Positions 18,800 to 28,591 of a DNA stretch of 64,000 bases are shown piece after piece; the stretch's first letter is position 1; each line of letters starts with the position of its first letter. The position numbers and the translations under genes are program-made. The notes under the pieces were generated by a model. That model made no database searches. It saw nothing but the letters and a program-made list of their open reading frames with translations, and had not been told where the DNA came from. The stretch spans positions 608,660-672,659 of the forward strand of contig JAXHNJ010000002.1 in NCBI GenBank assembly GCA_034520665.1, in the 5' to 3' direction. The stretch comes from Patescibacteria group bacterium (lineage in GTDB: Bacteria > Patescibacteriota > Patescibacteriia > JAXHNJ01).

Positions 18800-18965
18800 A
18801 GATTAAAAAGAATTTATGGTAAGCATTTATGCTATTTTGTGACTGTAAAAACTTATAGAAATAAAAAGTTTTTTTGTAATGACAAAAAGACTAAGTTACT
18901 TGTAAGATGTATGGATTTTCTTGTAGAAAAAAATATTTTAACCTTTTTGCTTGGGTCGTATTATA
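18800..18965 (+). pseudogene. Degraded N-terminus of a REP-associated tyrosine transposase
   Basis: RLKRIYGKHLCYFVTVKTYRNKKFF... then a frameshift into 'FNLFAWVV'; resembles the 50344 protein; REP-like hairpin + GTAC at 19055-19084. Confidence 0.45.
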
Positions 18966-19136
18966 TATAATGGATCAAAAAACAAAATTATTCGATCTCC
19001 ATAACTTTTTCAATCTGTAAAACTTTTGCCATCCTTTAAAATTACTCCAATCTATAGAACGGGCTTTTGGGCCTGTTCTAGTACATACTCTTGATCAGAA
19101 ATGATTAGATAGAAAAGCTGTGATATAATATAAAAT

Positions 19137-20765
19137 ATGACTTTGAATAAACTTATAAATTCAGTAAAAAAACGAGAATGGAAAATGGTGTTATTATTGG
19201 GTTTTCTGGTAGTTTTGATAACGGTTTTGCCTTATCTCTATGGTTATTTTTCTAGGCCCGCCAATACTGTCTATACCGGAATTCATAATTTGACACCAGG
19301 AGACACCAACGCGGTTTTATCTCTAATGGAGCAGGTTAAACAGGGTAATTTTATTTTTAAAAATTTATATACAGCTGAACCGCAAGATCGTATTTATACT
19401 AACCCTTTTTGGCTAAGTGCTGGTTTAATAGCTAAAGTTTTTAAGCTGCCAAATTTGTTTACCCTTCACTTTATACGTTCAGTGCTAATTATTGTTTTTG
19501 TTGTGGTGCTCTATTTATTTTTGCGGTATTTTATTGAAAAAAAGCGTTTAAGAATTTGGTCATTTGTGGTTATACTTTTTTCTTCGGGGCTGGGTCTGTT
19601 TTTTAATCCTTTTTTTATTAATTCTGAAGATATTTTAAATCACCCAACAGATATTTGGGTGCCGGAAAGTATTACCTTTTTAACACTTTACAATCTTCCT
19701 CATCAGATTGCTTCTTTAATATTAATTATTTTGGTCTTTTTGTTTATGTTTTTAGCTTTTGAAAATAATAGGTATAAATATAGCTTAATGGCCGGAATAT
19801 TTTCTTTCTTATTACTTTGGTTTCATCCTTTTAATGGACCGACAATTTACGGAGTTTTAGGAGTATATTTATTAGCAATATTTTTCTATAAAAAAAAGAT
19901 AATTTGGTCGTATATTAAACATTATATTATATTATGTTTAATACCTTTACCGGTGCTTCTCTATTTTTTTCTTATAAACCAAGCTGATTGGGTTATTAAA
20001 AACTGGGCCAAACAGAATATCTTGCTTTCACCTAGTTTATGGATGTATTTAATTGGTTATGGCTTTTTAGTGCCTTTAGCTGTGTATGGCTTGTATAAAC
20101 TTTCACAAAAAAAAGACAAAAAAAATATTTTTATTATTTCTTGGTTTATCACTTCTTCTCTGCTTCTTTATAGTCCCTTGTCTTTTCAAAGACGCTTATC
20201 AGAAGGCTTGCATATACCTTTGACAATATTAGCTATGGCCGGAGTTTTTTATTTAACAAAAAAATGGCATTCAAAAGAAAAAGGATATAATTTAAAAGCT
20301 TATGCTATTTTTATTTTTTTATTAATATTTTTACCATTAACTAATATACAAATTGTCAGTCAGGATATTTATATATATAAAACTGATCCAGAATTTCCTT
20401 ATTATTTAGGTCAAGAAGAGGTTTTAGCTATGCAGTGGATTAAAAAAAATTCTAGTGATCAATCAATAATTTTTTCAAGTTATCTCATTGGTAATTTTAT
20501 TCCGGCCTACAGCGGTCGCCGGGTATGGATAGGCCATGGCCCTCAGACCATAAACTTAGAGAAAAAAAAGGAGATAAATAAATGGTTTTGGCAAGAAGAT
20601 AATTTAGCAAAAGAAAAGTATAAACTCTTAAAAAAAGATAATATTGACTATCTTTGGTATGGTCAAAGAGAAAAAGAAATGGGTACTTTTAATCCCAAGA
20701 CAAAGGATTATCTGAAAAAGATTTATAATAATGGAAAAGTAGATATATATCAGGTAATAAATTAA
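19137..20765 (+). CDS. Polytopic membrane protein, GT-C glycosyltransferase-like
   Basis: ~12 TM; C-terminal 'AMQWIKKNS...IPAYSGRRVWIGH...IDYLWYG' soluble domain. Confidence 0.65.
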   Translation: MTLNKLINSVKKREWKMVLLLGFLVVLITVLPYLYGYFSRPANTVYTGIHNLTPGDTNAVLSLMEQVKQGNFIFKNLYTAEPQDRIYTNPFWLSAGLIAKVFKLPNLFTLHFIRSVLIIVFVVVLYLFLRYFIEKKRLRIWSFVVILFSSGLGLFFNPFFINSEDILNHPTDIWVPESITFLTLYNLPHQIASLILIILVFLFMFLAFENNRYKYSLMAGIFSFLLLWFHPFNGPTIYGVLGVYLLAIFFYKKKIIWSYIKHYIILCLIPLPVLLYFFLINQADWVIKNWAKQNILLSPSLWMYLIGYGFLVPLAVYGLYKLSQKKDKKNIFIISWFITSSLLLYSPLSFQRRLSEGLHIPLTILAMAGVFYLTKKWHSKEKGYNLKAYAIFIFLLIFLPLTNIQIVSQDIYIYKTDPEFPYYLGQEEVLAMQWIKKNSSDQSIIFSSYLIGNFIPAYSGRRVWIGHGPQTINLEKKKEINKWFWQEDNLAKEKYKLLKKDNIDYLWYGQREKEMGTFNPKTKDYLKKIYNNGKVDIYQVIN

Positions 20766-20823
20766 AAGTTACATTTTTTTATTGACTTTTTTTAAAAAGT
20801 ATGCTAATATTAGTATATAAGAG

Positions 20824-21075
20824 GTGAAAAACACCTCTTTTTATCTATTTAAGATAAAAACAAAAATAAAAAAAATGCTGGTGACTAAAAAAACATTAAT
20901 AAAAATGGTCCTTTTTTTACGACGTAAGCTCGGCTTAAATGAGGATAAATACTGGAGAATTTTTGTTAGTCAGTCTGAAGTTGAAGATATAATGGAAATT
21001 TATCAGGGTTTATTTGAGCTTTGGCTTTTAAGAAAAAAGGTAGGACGGCTGGAATTTGCTTATAGTCTGGTTTAA
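20824..21075 (+). CDS. Small hypothetical protein
   Basis: Short ORF between a promoter-like sequence and a hairpin. Confidence 0.35.
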   Translation: MKNTSFYLFKIKTKIKKMLVTKKTLIKMVLFLRRKLGLNEDKYWRIFVSQSEVEDIMEIYQGLFELWLLRKKVGRLEFAYSLV

Positions 21076-21165
21076 AATTTTTGATATTGAAGCTTTTAAA
21101 AAGACCCTTAGTTTTTAGGCGCCTTTTTTTATTATTATAATTATTATAAAATTAATTTATGAATA

Positions 21166-21273
21166 AAGAAAAAAAATAAGATTGATAAATCTCGAGATAC
21201 GGCTTTTATTAAAGGCCAAGAACACGCCAAGCGAGCTTTGGAGGTAGCGGCGGCTGGGCATCACAATATTCTT
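21166..21273 (+). pseudogene. 108-bp internal comM fragment (copy of 17813-17920)
   Basis: 36 codons align; 10 differences, 9 synonymous; ends at ...AAAGHHNIL. Confidence 0.9.
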
Positions 21274-21581
21274 AAGTTATGAACACAATACACCATTTAT
21301 AGAGTTTGAGTTAGCTAAAAAGATGCCAAAGGTTTATAATAAAAATATATGAAGGGGGGTATGCATGTAGGGGGTTACTAGTCAATCCAATAACTATACT
21401 TAACTGGGGTAATAGATTGGTCATGGTGATGGACTGTACTTGCTATAGCAATTGATTCTGAGGGCATACGTCAAATACAGGAACATAGAGCAGGCAACGA
21501 TGAGGACGAGAATAGATTGGGTATATAAACACCCCGCTTTCTCCTGGAAATTTTAATAGATTAATTAGTTAATCTGAATAT

Positions 21582-22439
21582 ATGAATGAAGCTAAATTAA
21601 AAGGAATAATTTATTTATTAATCATTGCCTATATCGGTAGTGGCGTGGGTGTTGGTTTTTTTTGGTGTGCTTCACAATTTAATTCTGAAGTAAATAATTA
21701 TAAAATAGTACACAATAAACCATCTGTACCGGATGAAGAAATTATAAAGAATTTTGTAAAAGAAGATGTCACACAGCCTGCGCCGACACCTACTCCTGAA
21801 TCAGTGTCAGAACCAGAACCGACTCCTGAACCAGAACCAACTCCTGAACCAGAACCGACTCCTGAACCAGAACCGACTCCTGAACCAGAACCGACTCCTG
21901 AACCAGAACCGACTCCTGAACCAGAACCGACTCCTGAACCAGAGTCAACTTCTGAATCAGAACCAACTCCTGAACCAGAGTCAACTCCTGAACCAGAAGC
22001 AACTCCTGAAAACAACTATACCTTTGATGATTATTTCCCAATTATTTTGTCTCTTTGTGATTCTGATGGAAATTGTTATACACGATCGGAAAAAAATGAA
22101 AGTAAAGAGCCATGGTCTGGTAATTGTTTTGAATATACACTTAAGGCTGGGGATGAAATTAACTTAAAGGTTGAAGCAAGTGACCCTAAAAATAGGCCAT
22201 TATTATATGATTGGTGGTGTGGTACTTGTGGTTCAACGCATCCTGAGCTCAAACCCAATACAGAAGTAATATGGACAACAAATAAAGAACTTAGGTATAC
22301 AATAACTGATGAAGATATACAAAATAGTGGTGAAAGTATTAGAATTGGCGTTTATATTAAATCAGAAAAAGAATATTACAGAACAGGTATACATGGTTAT
22401 GATGATGGAATTTATAATGATTTTAAAACATCATTCTAA
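21582..22439 (+). CDS. Membrane-anchored protein with PEPEPT stalk and C-terminal Ig-like domain
   Basis: N-terminal TM, Pro/Glu/Thr repeats, '[17 protein letters not shown]'. Confidence 0.8.
   Translation: MNEAKLKGIIYLLIIAYIGSGVGVGFFWCASQFNSEVNNYKIVHNKPSVPDEEIIKNFVKEDVTQPAPTPTPESVSEPEPTPEPEPTPEPEPTPEPEPTPEPEPTPEPEPTPEPEPTPEPESTSESEPTPEPESTPEPEATPENNYTFDDYFPIILSLCDSDGNCYTRSEKNESKEPWSGNCFEYTLKAGDEINLKVEASDPKNRPLLYDWWCGTCGSTHPELKPNTEVIWTTNKELRYTITDEDIQNSGESIRIGVYIKSEKEYYRTGIHGYDDGIYNDFKTSF
21792..22010 (+). repeat. 18-bp coding tandem repeat (gaaccagaaccgactcct), about 11-12 units
   Basis: Directly visible; encodes EPEPTP. Confidence 0.9.
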
Positions 22440-22508
22440 TTAATAGAGATAAAGTTGGAATGTATACCAATTTTGCTACAGAAATTCTAAATTATTAATA
22501 AAAAATAT

Positions 22509-22988
22509 ATGGCAGGTTTTTCAAAATTTATAAACAATCTTAAAAGTTACGGGATTTCAAAAAAAGACTTTGAGAAAGAGAGAGTAAGTTTATCAAAGAA
22601 GTTTAATAAGCCAGCAGAAGATAATGATGTTTTGTGGTCAATTTATAATAAGATTGTTAGTCAAAGCAACAATTTACGAAAACTACATGGTGTTTATTAT
22701 GAAATGGCATTGTTTTTAAATAAAGAGGGAAAAGATTGTACAAAAATCTCTCAACAATCTCAAAAAATGTATCTACTTTCATTAAAAGAATCAGGAGTTG
22801 TGAAAGGTGTTGAAATATTGGCTGATATTGGTTGTAAAGAGTGTAAAAAATTGCATGGTAATAAATATACTCTTGATGAAGCGTTGGAAAAAATGCCAAT
22901 TCCTAATCCTAATTGTACCCACACCTTTACTAAAAAGGGCAAGCCATTTTGCAGGTGTACATATTTATCAGTAACTAAATCTATTTAG
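22509..22988 (+). CDS. Hypothetical protein with C-terminal CxxC...P...CRC motif (phage head morphogenesis-like)
   Basis: CKECKKLHG...MPIPNPNC...FCRCTY. Confidence 0.65.
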   Translation: MAGFSKFINNLKSYGISKKDFEKERVSLSKKFNKPAEDNDVLWSIYNKIVSQSNNLRKLHGVYYEMALFLNKEGKDCTKISQQSQKMYLLSLKESGVVKGVEILADIGCKECKKLHGNKYTLDEALEKMPIPNPNCTHTFTKKGKPFCRCTYLSVTKSI

Positions 22989-23061
22989 CACCCCCATACA
23001 CCCCCTTTTTTAGAATTTGATTTATTTATATTACTCGTCTCTAAATTTTGGGTAAAATTTT

Positions 23062-23955
23062 ATGATTAAAGAAAAGAAATTTTTATTAATATTTAATCCA
23101 GCTGCCAATATGGGCCGAGCGGCTAAAATGATACCTTTGGTAGAGGAATTTTTTAATAAATGGAAAATTAATTACCATTTAGCAGTAACAAAAAGACCTT
23201 ATGAGGCTGAAAATATTGCCCGGGAAAAAGCCAATAAGTATGATATTATAGTAGTTCTTGGTGGAGACGGTACAATTAATGAAGTGGTAAATGGATTAAT
23301 CGGTAAAAATGTAGTTTTAGCTATTGTCCCTTTAGGTTCAGGCAATGATTTTGCTAAGGCTTTGGGGTTGAAAAAAAAGTTAAAAGATAATTTGGAAATT
23401 ATTTTAATGGGTCAGGAAAAGAAGGTTGATATCGGTCAGGTTAATCAGCGCTATTTTGTTAATGTTTTAGGTATTGGTTTTGACGCTTTAGTGGCCCAGG
23501 AAATGTTTGCCCGTCCAAGATTTTTAAAGGGATTGCCAGTTTATTTTTACAGTTTATTAAAAGCTTTAAAGAAATATAATTTTATAAATGTGAAAATTAT
23601 TTCTGAAAAAAATATCAAGAAGGAAAAAGAATTATTAATGCTGGCTATAGCCAACGGTAATTTTTTTGGCGGTGGTTTTAAAATTACTCCCAGAGCTTCT
23701 ATAGTGGATGGATTTTTTGATATTTGTTTAGTGGAAAAAATGACCAGAGGTTATCTTTTGAAAAATATTAGCAAATTAATAAAAGGCATTCACCATGAAT
23801 TACCGGAGGTTAATTTTTTCCAAAGTAAAAACTTAGTTATTGAATCAAAAAAAGAGTTACCAGTTGAATATGACGGCGAGATATTAAAGGGACAAAAAAA
23901 GCTTGAGATCAAAATATTACCTCAAGCACTTAAAGTAATTACTTTAAAAGAATAA
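23062..23955 (+). CDS. Diacylglycerol kinase family lipid kinase (YegS/BmrU)
   Basis: FNPAAN, GGDGTINEV, PLGSGNDFA, YDGE. Confidence 0.93.
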   Translation: MIKEKKFLLIFNPAANMGRAAKMIPLVEEFFNKWKINYHLAVTKRPYEAENIAREKANKYDIIVVLGGDGTINEVVNGLIGKNVVLAIVPLGSGNDFAKALGLKKKLKDNLEIILMGQEKKVDIGQVNQRYFVNVLGIGFDALVAQEMFARPRFLKGLPVYFYSLLKALKKYNFINVKIISEKNIKKEKELLMLAIANGNFFGGGFKITPRASIVDGFFDICLVEKMTRGYLLKNISKLIKGIHHELPEVNFFQSKNLVIESKKELPVEYDGEILKGQKKLEIKILPQALKVITLKE

Positions 23956-23957
23956 TT

Positions 23958-25286
23958 TTATAAATAACTCAAAGGATTGACTTTACTGCCATTGACCAAG
24001 ACTTCAAAATGAACGTGAGTGCCGGTGCACCAGCCAGTACAACCCATCATACCAATAGTTTGACCCTTAGATACCTGCTGACCGTTTCTCACGTAAAATT
24101 TACTCAAGTGAGCGTAGAGCGTTTGTTTACCGCCGCCATGACTGATAGTAACAACATTACCATAACCCCTTCCCCAGCCTACGCGAGTAATAGTGCCGGC
24201 TTCAGAAGCATAAATCGGAGAGGAATAATTGCCAGTAATATCAATAGCCCGATGACCCCATTTATAATACTGGCTGATTTTTCGGCCAGTCGTGGGCCAA
24301 AGGAGTCGTGAAGTAGCCGGTACTCGGGCTGAAGGCGGAGCTGAAGAAGAAAATACCGAAGCGAAAGTAGAGGTGGTTGTTGGTTTTGGTTTGGGGGGCT
24401 CAATATAGCCGCCGGGAATCATAATTTGTTGACCCTCTTCAATAGCGGAAGCATCAGCTAATTGATTGTATTCCAAAATCTTGCTTTCGTTAGCTTCATA
24501 TTTTTTAGCCAAAGAAGCCACAGTATCACCGCTTTTTACTTTATATAAAACGCCGGAAGTAGGCGGGATAGTTAGGGTTTGGCCCGGCTTAATATAATCA
24601 CTGGAAGAGAGGTCATTGGCCCAGAGAATCGTATTGGTGGATATACCAAATTTAGCAGCAATAGTAGAAACTGTATCTCCGCCTTTGACTTGATAATGAT
24701 CCACTTTTTTCCGAGGTGTGCCAGTAGCGGTAGTGTCAGGGAGAGTAGATTTAACTAAAGCCGTCCCTCCTTCAGCGGTGGATATTTTTGCTTCAGTTTC
24801 TACATTATCTTTATCAGCAAAAATAGGTCCGGCTTTAAGAACGCCAATTTCCTGGCGGTATTCTTTATAACGTGAAATTGTTTCGACCCCTTCTACGGTA
24901 TCACGGTTTATATCTGGTGAAACTAATTTTGAAAAAAGTGTTTTTTCTCCAAATTCCTGCAATTTGACTTCACTGGCACTGAGGTTATTAGTAGTTATAA
25001 TAATAGTCAGTAAAATAACTATAAAATGGATAATGTATTTTGAACTAAAAGGATAAAGCAGTTTTCTTTTTAGAGGTAAGTCTAACTGATTAAATTCTTT
25101 TTTTACTATACGGTAAAGTTTATAAAGACCAACTAAAAAAGGTCTAATAATTTTTTTGGTAATAAAAATAAGAGGTTTAAATAGACCAATCTTAAAAAAT
25201 ATAAGCAGGCTTTTAAAAGACCAACCGAAGATTTTTAATATTTTGGCAAAGGTAATTATTAAGTATTTTTTAAGTTTGAATTTGAT
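23958..25286 (-). CDS. LysM-domain M23 family peptidoglycan endopeptidase
   Basis: Two LysM domains; HRAID, YAHL and HVHFE motifs; frame open 108 codons upstream of the listed TTG, including a TM helix, to an ATC after AAGGA. Confidence 0.9.
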   Translation of the reverse strand: MKFKLKKYLIITFAKILKIFGWSFKSLLIFFKIGLFKPLIFITKKIIRPFLVGLYKLYRIVKKEFNQLDLPLKRKLLYPFSSKYIIHFIVILLTIIITTNNLSASEVKLQEFGEKTLFSKLVSPDINRDTVEGVETISRYKEYRQEIGVLKAGPIFADKDNVETEAKISTAEGGTALVKSTLPDTTATGTPRKKVDHYQVKGGDTVSTIAAKFGISTNTILWANDLSSSDYIKPGQTLTIPPTSGVLYKVKSGDTVASLAKKYEANESKILEYNQLADASAIEEGQQIMIPGGYIEPPKPKPTTTSTFASVFSSSAPPSARVPATSRLLWPTTGRKISQYYKWGHRAIDITGNYSSPIYASEAGTITRVGWGRGYGNVVTISHGGGKQTLYAHLSKFYVRNGQQVSKGQTIGMMGCTGWCTGTHVHFEVLVNGSKVNPLSYL

Positions 25287-25412
25287 AGGCTAATTTCCTT
25301 AATTTATTAAATCAAAGATTTCTTCTACTTTATATAAGATAGCCAAAAATATAACAAATAGCAAATTTTCTGTCAATATAGTTATTTGTGAAAAAGCCAA
25401 AATAATGATAAA

Positions 25413-28400
25413 ATGGCTTATATGAGCCAAAAATATGATTTTAGAAAAATAGAAAAAAAGTGGCCACAAAAATGGGCCAAAGAAAAGCTTTTTTCGGCTG
25501 ATGATAAGGCTGATAATAAATATTATTGCCTAATTGAGTTTCCCTATCCTTCAGCTGATGGACTTCATGTCGGCCATCTTCGCAGTTATACGGCTTTAGA
25601 TATTATTGCTCGTAAAAAAAGAATGGAAGGCAAAAATGTTTTGTTTCCGATTGGCTTTGATTCTTTTGGTTTACCCACAGAAAACTACGCCATCAAAGTC
25701 AAAAAGCAGCCGCAAGAGATTACCAGGGAAAATATAAAAAATTTCACCCGACAGCTTAAATCTATGGGTTTTTCTTTTGACTGGGATAGATGTGTTGATA
25801 CCTCTGACCCCGATTATTATAAATGGACCCAGTGGCTGTTTTTAAAATTATACGAAGCTGGCCTGGTTTATCAAAAAGAAAGGCCCATTAACTGGTGTCC
25901 GGCTTGCAAAACCGGACTGGCTAATGAAGAGGTAGTCGGGGGAAAATGTGAAAGATGCGGCGCCGAGGTGAGTAAAAAAAACCAAAAACAATGGCTTTTT
26001 AAAATTACCCAATACGCTGACCGTTTGATTAAAGACCTAGACAAGGTTGATTATCTGGAAAAAATTAAAAAACAGCAGATTGACTGGATTGGCAAAAGCG
26101 AAGGAGCAGAGATAAAATTCCCCGTCTTCGCTAAAGCTTCGACGGGCAAGCAAATTCAAAGTAAAAAATCCCCTTCGGCCTCGAGCTCAGGGCCGAGAGG
26201 CAAAACAAATTCTCAGCCAGAGGCTGATCTGTCTTTGGCGGAAAATAACAAAATTCAAAATTCAACACAGGAAATAAAAGTTTTTACAACCAGACCCGAC
26301 ACTCTTTACGGGGTCACTTATTTGGTTCTCTCGCCGGAACATGAATTTTTGGCTAATGGCTTGTCGCATATTGCTAATCAGAAGGAGGTAGAGCAATATA
26401 TTAAAAAGGCCAAGGCCAAGTCAGATTTGGAAAGGACAGAAAATAAAGAAAAAACCGGTGTAGAATTAAAAGGACTAAAGGCCGTCAATCCGGTTAATCA
26501 AGAAGAGATTCCTATTTTTATCGCTGACTATGTTTTAATGGATTACGGCACCGGAGCCATTATGGCGGTGCCGGCTCATGATCAGCGAGATTTTGAATTT
26601 GCTAAGAAATATAATTTGTCAATAAAAAATGTTATTGAGCCTGAATTCGGAATGAAAAAACCAAATGAAAAATTTAGTCATAGGATAGTGGCAATAGTTA
26701 GAGATCCAAAAAATGATAAGTTGCTTTCATTAAATTGGGCAAAGTATAAAATAGGTCATTTATTTATCGGTGGCGGCATGGAAGAAGGTGAAGATATCAT
26801 AAAAACTGCTATTCGTGAAATTAAAGAAGAAACTGGTTATACTCAGGTAAAACATATAGCGACAGCGGAAAAAGTACGCCATCATTATTACGCTTGGAAT
26901 AAAGGATTTAATAGAGATTCCGAAGCAAGGGGTTTATTATTTGAATTGGTAGGCAGGGAAAGAGTGGAACAAAAATTAGAAGATAATGAAAAAGGAGGAT
27001 TTACAGTTGAATGGATTACTAAAGAAGAGGCCAGTAAAAATGTGATTGATCCTATGCATCATTACTATTTAGATAAATTTATTTTTGGAAAAATTTATAC
27101 TGGTGAGGGTTTAGCCATTAATTCAGGTGAATACAACGATTTAAGCACCAAAGAATTTAAAAAGAAAATTACCCAGTGGCTGAAAAAAAACAAATTAGGC
27201 GGACCGGCCGTTAATTACAAGCTAAGAGACTGGATTTTTTCCCGCCAGCACTACTGGGGTGAGCCAATTCCCTTGATTCACTGTCAAAAATGCGGCGTAG
27301 TTAAAGTGCCGGAAAAAGATTTGCCGGTAAAATTGCCCGAAGTTAAAAATTATGAACCGACTGATACGGGAGAATCACCTTTAGCTAAAATTTCCGATTG
27401 GGTTAATGTTAGATGTCCAAAATGTGGCGAATCCGCAAAACGCGAAACTGACACTATGCCCAACTGGGCCGGTTCCAACTGGTATTTTATTCGTTATTGT
27501 GATCCGCATAACGAAAAAGAATTTGCTTCATGGAAAAAAATGAAAAAATGGCTACCCGTGGATTTATATAACGGCGGTATGGAACACACTACTTTGCATT
27601 TACTTTATTCCAGATTTTGGTATAAAGCTTTAAGTGATTTAAAGTTAGTCCCGGGTGATGAGCCTTACAAAAAACGAGTCTCGCACGGCATGGTTTTAGC
27701 CCAAGATGGGCAAAAAATGTCCAAATCCCGAGGCAATGTGGTTAATCCGGATGAAGTGGTGGATAAGTTTGGAGCTGATGCGCTCCGGCTTTACGAAATG
27801 TTTATGGGACCCTTTGACCAGGCTATTAATTGGAGGGAGGATGGGCTTCAGGGCCTGTTTAGATTTTTAGATAGAGTTAATAAGGTTTTTATAAATATTT
27901 TTTCCATTAAAGATAATTTAAAAGAAAAAAAATCCAGATTAATTCATAAAACTATAAAAAAAGTTGGGCAAGATATAGAAAATATGCGTTTTAATACAGC
28001 TATAAGCACTATGATGGAATATTTTAATGAAAGAGATTTTGCTTCTAAAATAAATGAACAGGGAGAACTTGAGGGAAATGAAATTGATATAAAAGCTATT
28101 CAAAAGTTTTTAATTATTCTCTCTCCCTTTGCTCCGCATTTAGCGGAAGAGCTTTGGCAGAAATTAGGTCATAAAGACTCAATCTTTAAAGAAAAATGGC
28201 CTTCTTATGATAAATCAAAAATAAAAGAAGAAGAAATAGAATTTGTTATTCAGGTTAACGGCAAGGTCAGAGATAAGATTCAAGCCTCGCCAGATATTTC
28301 AGAGAAAGAGGCCCGGGAAAAAGCCTTGGCTTCCAAAAAGGTAAAGAAATTTTTAAAAGACGAACCCAAAAAAGTAATATTTGTTAAGGGTAAGTTGATT

Positions 28401-28415
28401 AATCTAGTAATTTAA
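25413..28415 (+). CDS. leuS: Leucine--tRNA ligase with NUDIX insertion and palindrome-derived insertion
   Basis: FPYPS..LHVGH, FTTRPDT, GTGAIMAVPAHDQRD, KMSKS. Confidence 0.97.
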   Translation: MAYMSQKYDFRKIEKKWPQKWAKEKLFSADDKADNKYYCLIEFPYPSADGLHVGHLRSYTALDIIARKKRMEGKNVLFPIGFDSFGLPTENYAIKVKKQPQEITRENIKNFTRQLKSMGFSFDWDRCVDTSDPDYYKWTQWLFLKLYEAGLVYQKERPINWCPACKTGLANEEVVGGKCERCGAEVSKKNQKQWLFKITQYADRLIKDLDKVDYLEKIKKQQIDWIGKSEGAEIKFPVFAKASTGKQIQSKKSPSASSSGPRGKTNSQPEADLSLAENNKIQNSTQEIKVFTTRPDTLYGVTYLVLSPEHEFLANGLSHIANQKEVEQYIKKAKAKSDLERTENKEKTGVELKGLKAVNPVNQEEIPIFIADYVLMDYGTGAIMAVPAHDQRDFEFAKKYNLSIKNVIEPEFGMKKPNEKFSHRIVAIVRDPKNDKLLSLNWAKYKIGHLFIGGGMEEGEDIIKTAIREIKEETGYTQVKHIATAEKVRHHYYAWNKGFNRDSEARGLLFELVGRERVEQKLEDNEKGGFTVEWITKEEASKNVIDPMHHYYLDKFIFGKIYTGEGLAINSGEYNDLSTKEFKKKITQWLKKNKLGGPAVNYKLRDWIFSRQHYWGEPIPLIHCQKCGVVKVPEKDLPVKLPEVKNYEPTDTGESPLAKISDWVNVRCPKCGESAKRETDTMPNWAGSNWYFIRYCDPHNEKEFASWKKMKKWLPVDLYNGGMEHTTLHLLYSRFWYKALSDLKLVPGDEPYKKRVSHGMVLAQDGQKMSKSRGNVVNPDEVVDKFGADALRLYEMFMGPFDQAINWREDGLQGLFRFLDRVNKVFINIFSIKDNLKEKKSRLIHKTIKKVGQDIENMRFNTAISTMMEYFNERDFASKINEQGELEGNEIDIKAIQKFLIILSPFAPHLAEELWQKLGHKDSIFKEKWPSYDKSKIKEEEIEFVIQVNGKVRDKIQASPDISEKEAREKALASKKVKKFLKDEPKKVIFVKGKLINLVI
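26121..26242 (+). repeat. Three palindromic elements inserted in frame in leuS
   Basis: 26121-26150 cccgtcttcgctaaagcttcgacgggcaag; 26171-26200 cccttcggcctcgagctcagggccgagagg; 26214-26242 cagccagaggctgatctgtctttggcgga. Confidence 0.8.
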
Positions 28416-28591
28416 TATTTTTATTTTTATAATAAACCAGGCCAGGCTTTCCAGCCTGGCCGGCAAAATTGGCGAGTAGTATCGCCGAGACTAGAAAGTC
28501 TTGGCTGGAGGATGGACAGCAAGATACGATTAAAGGACTACCTGAAGAATAATATGGAATTTTTTGAAAATAATTAAACAAATTTTAAAAA

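Noticed and set aside
21698-22258. Overlapping ORFs with GSGV/LLNQN/VQES repeats; CRISPR-like periodicity
   Set aside because: Alternate frames of an 18-bp coding tandem repeat with no spacers
28540-28575. Hammerhead core (CTGAAGA...GAAA)
   Set aside because: Stem II cannot pair
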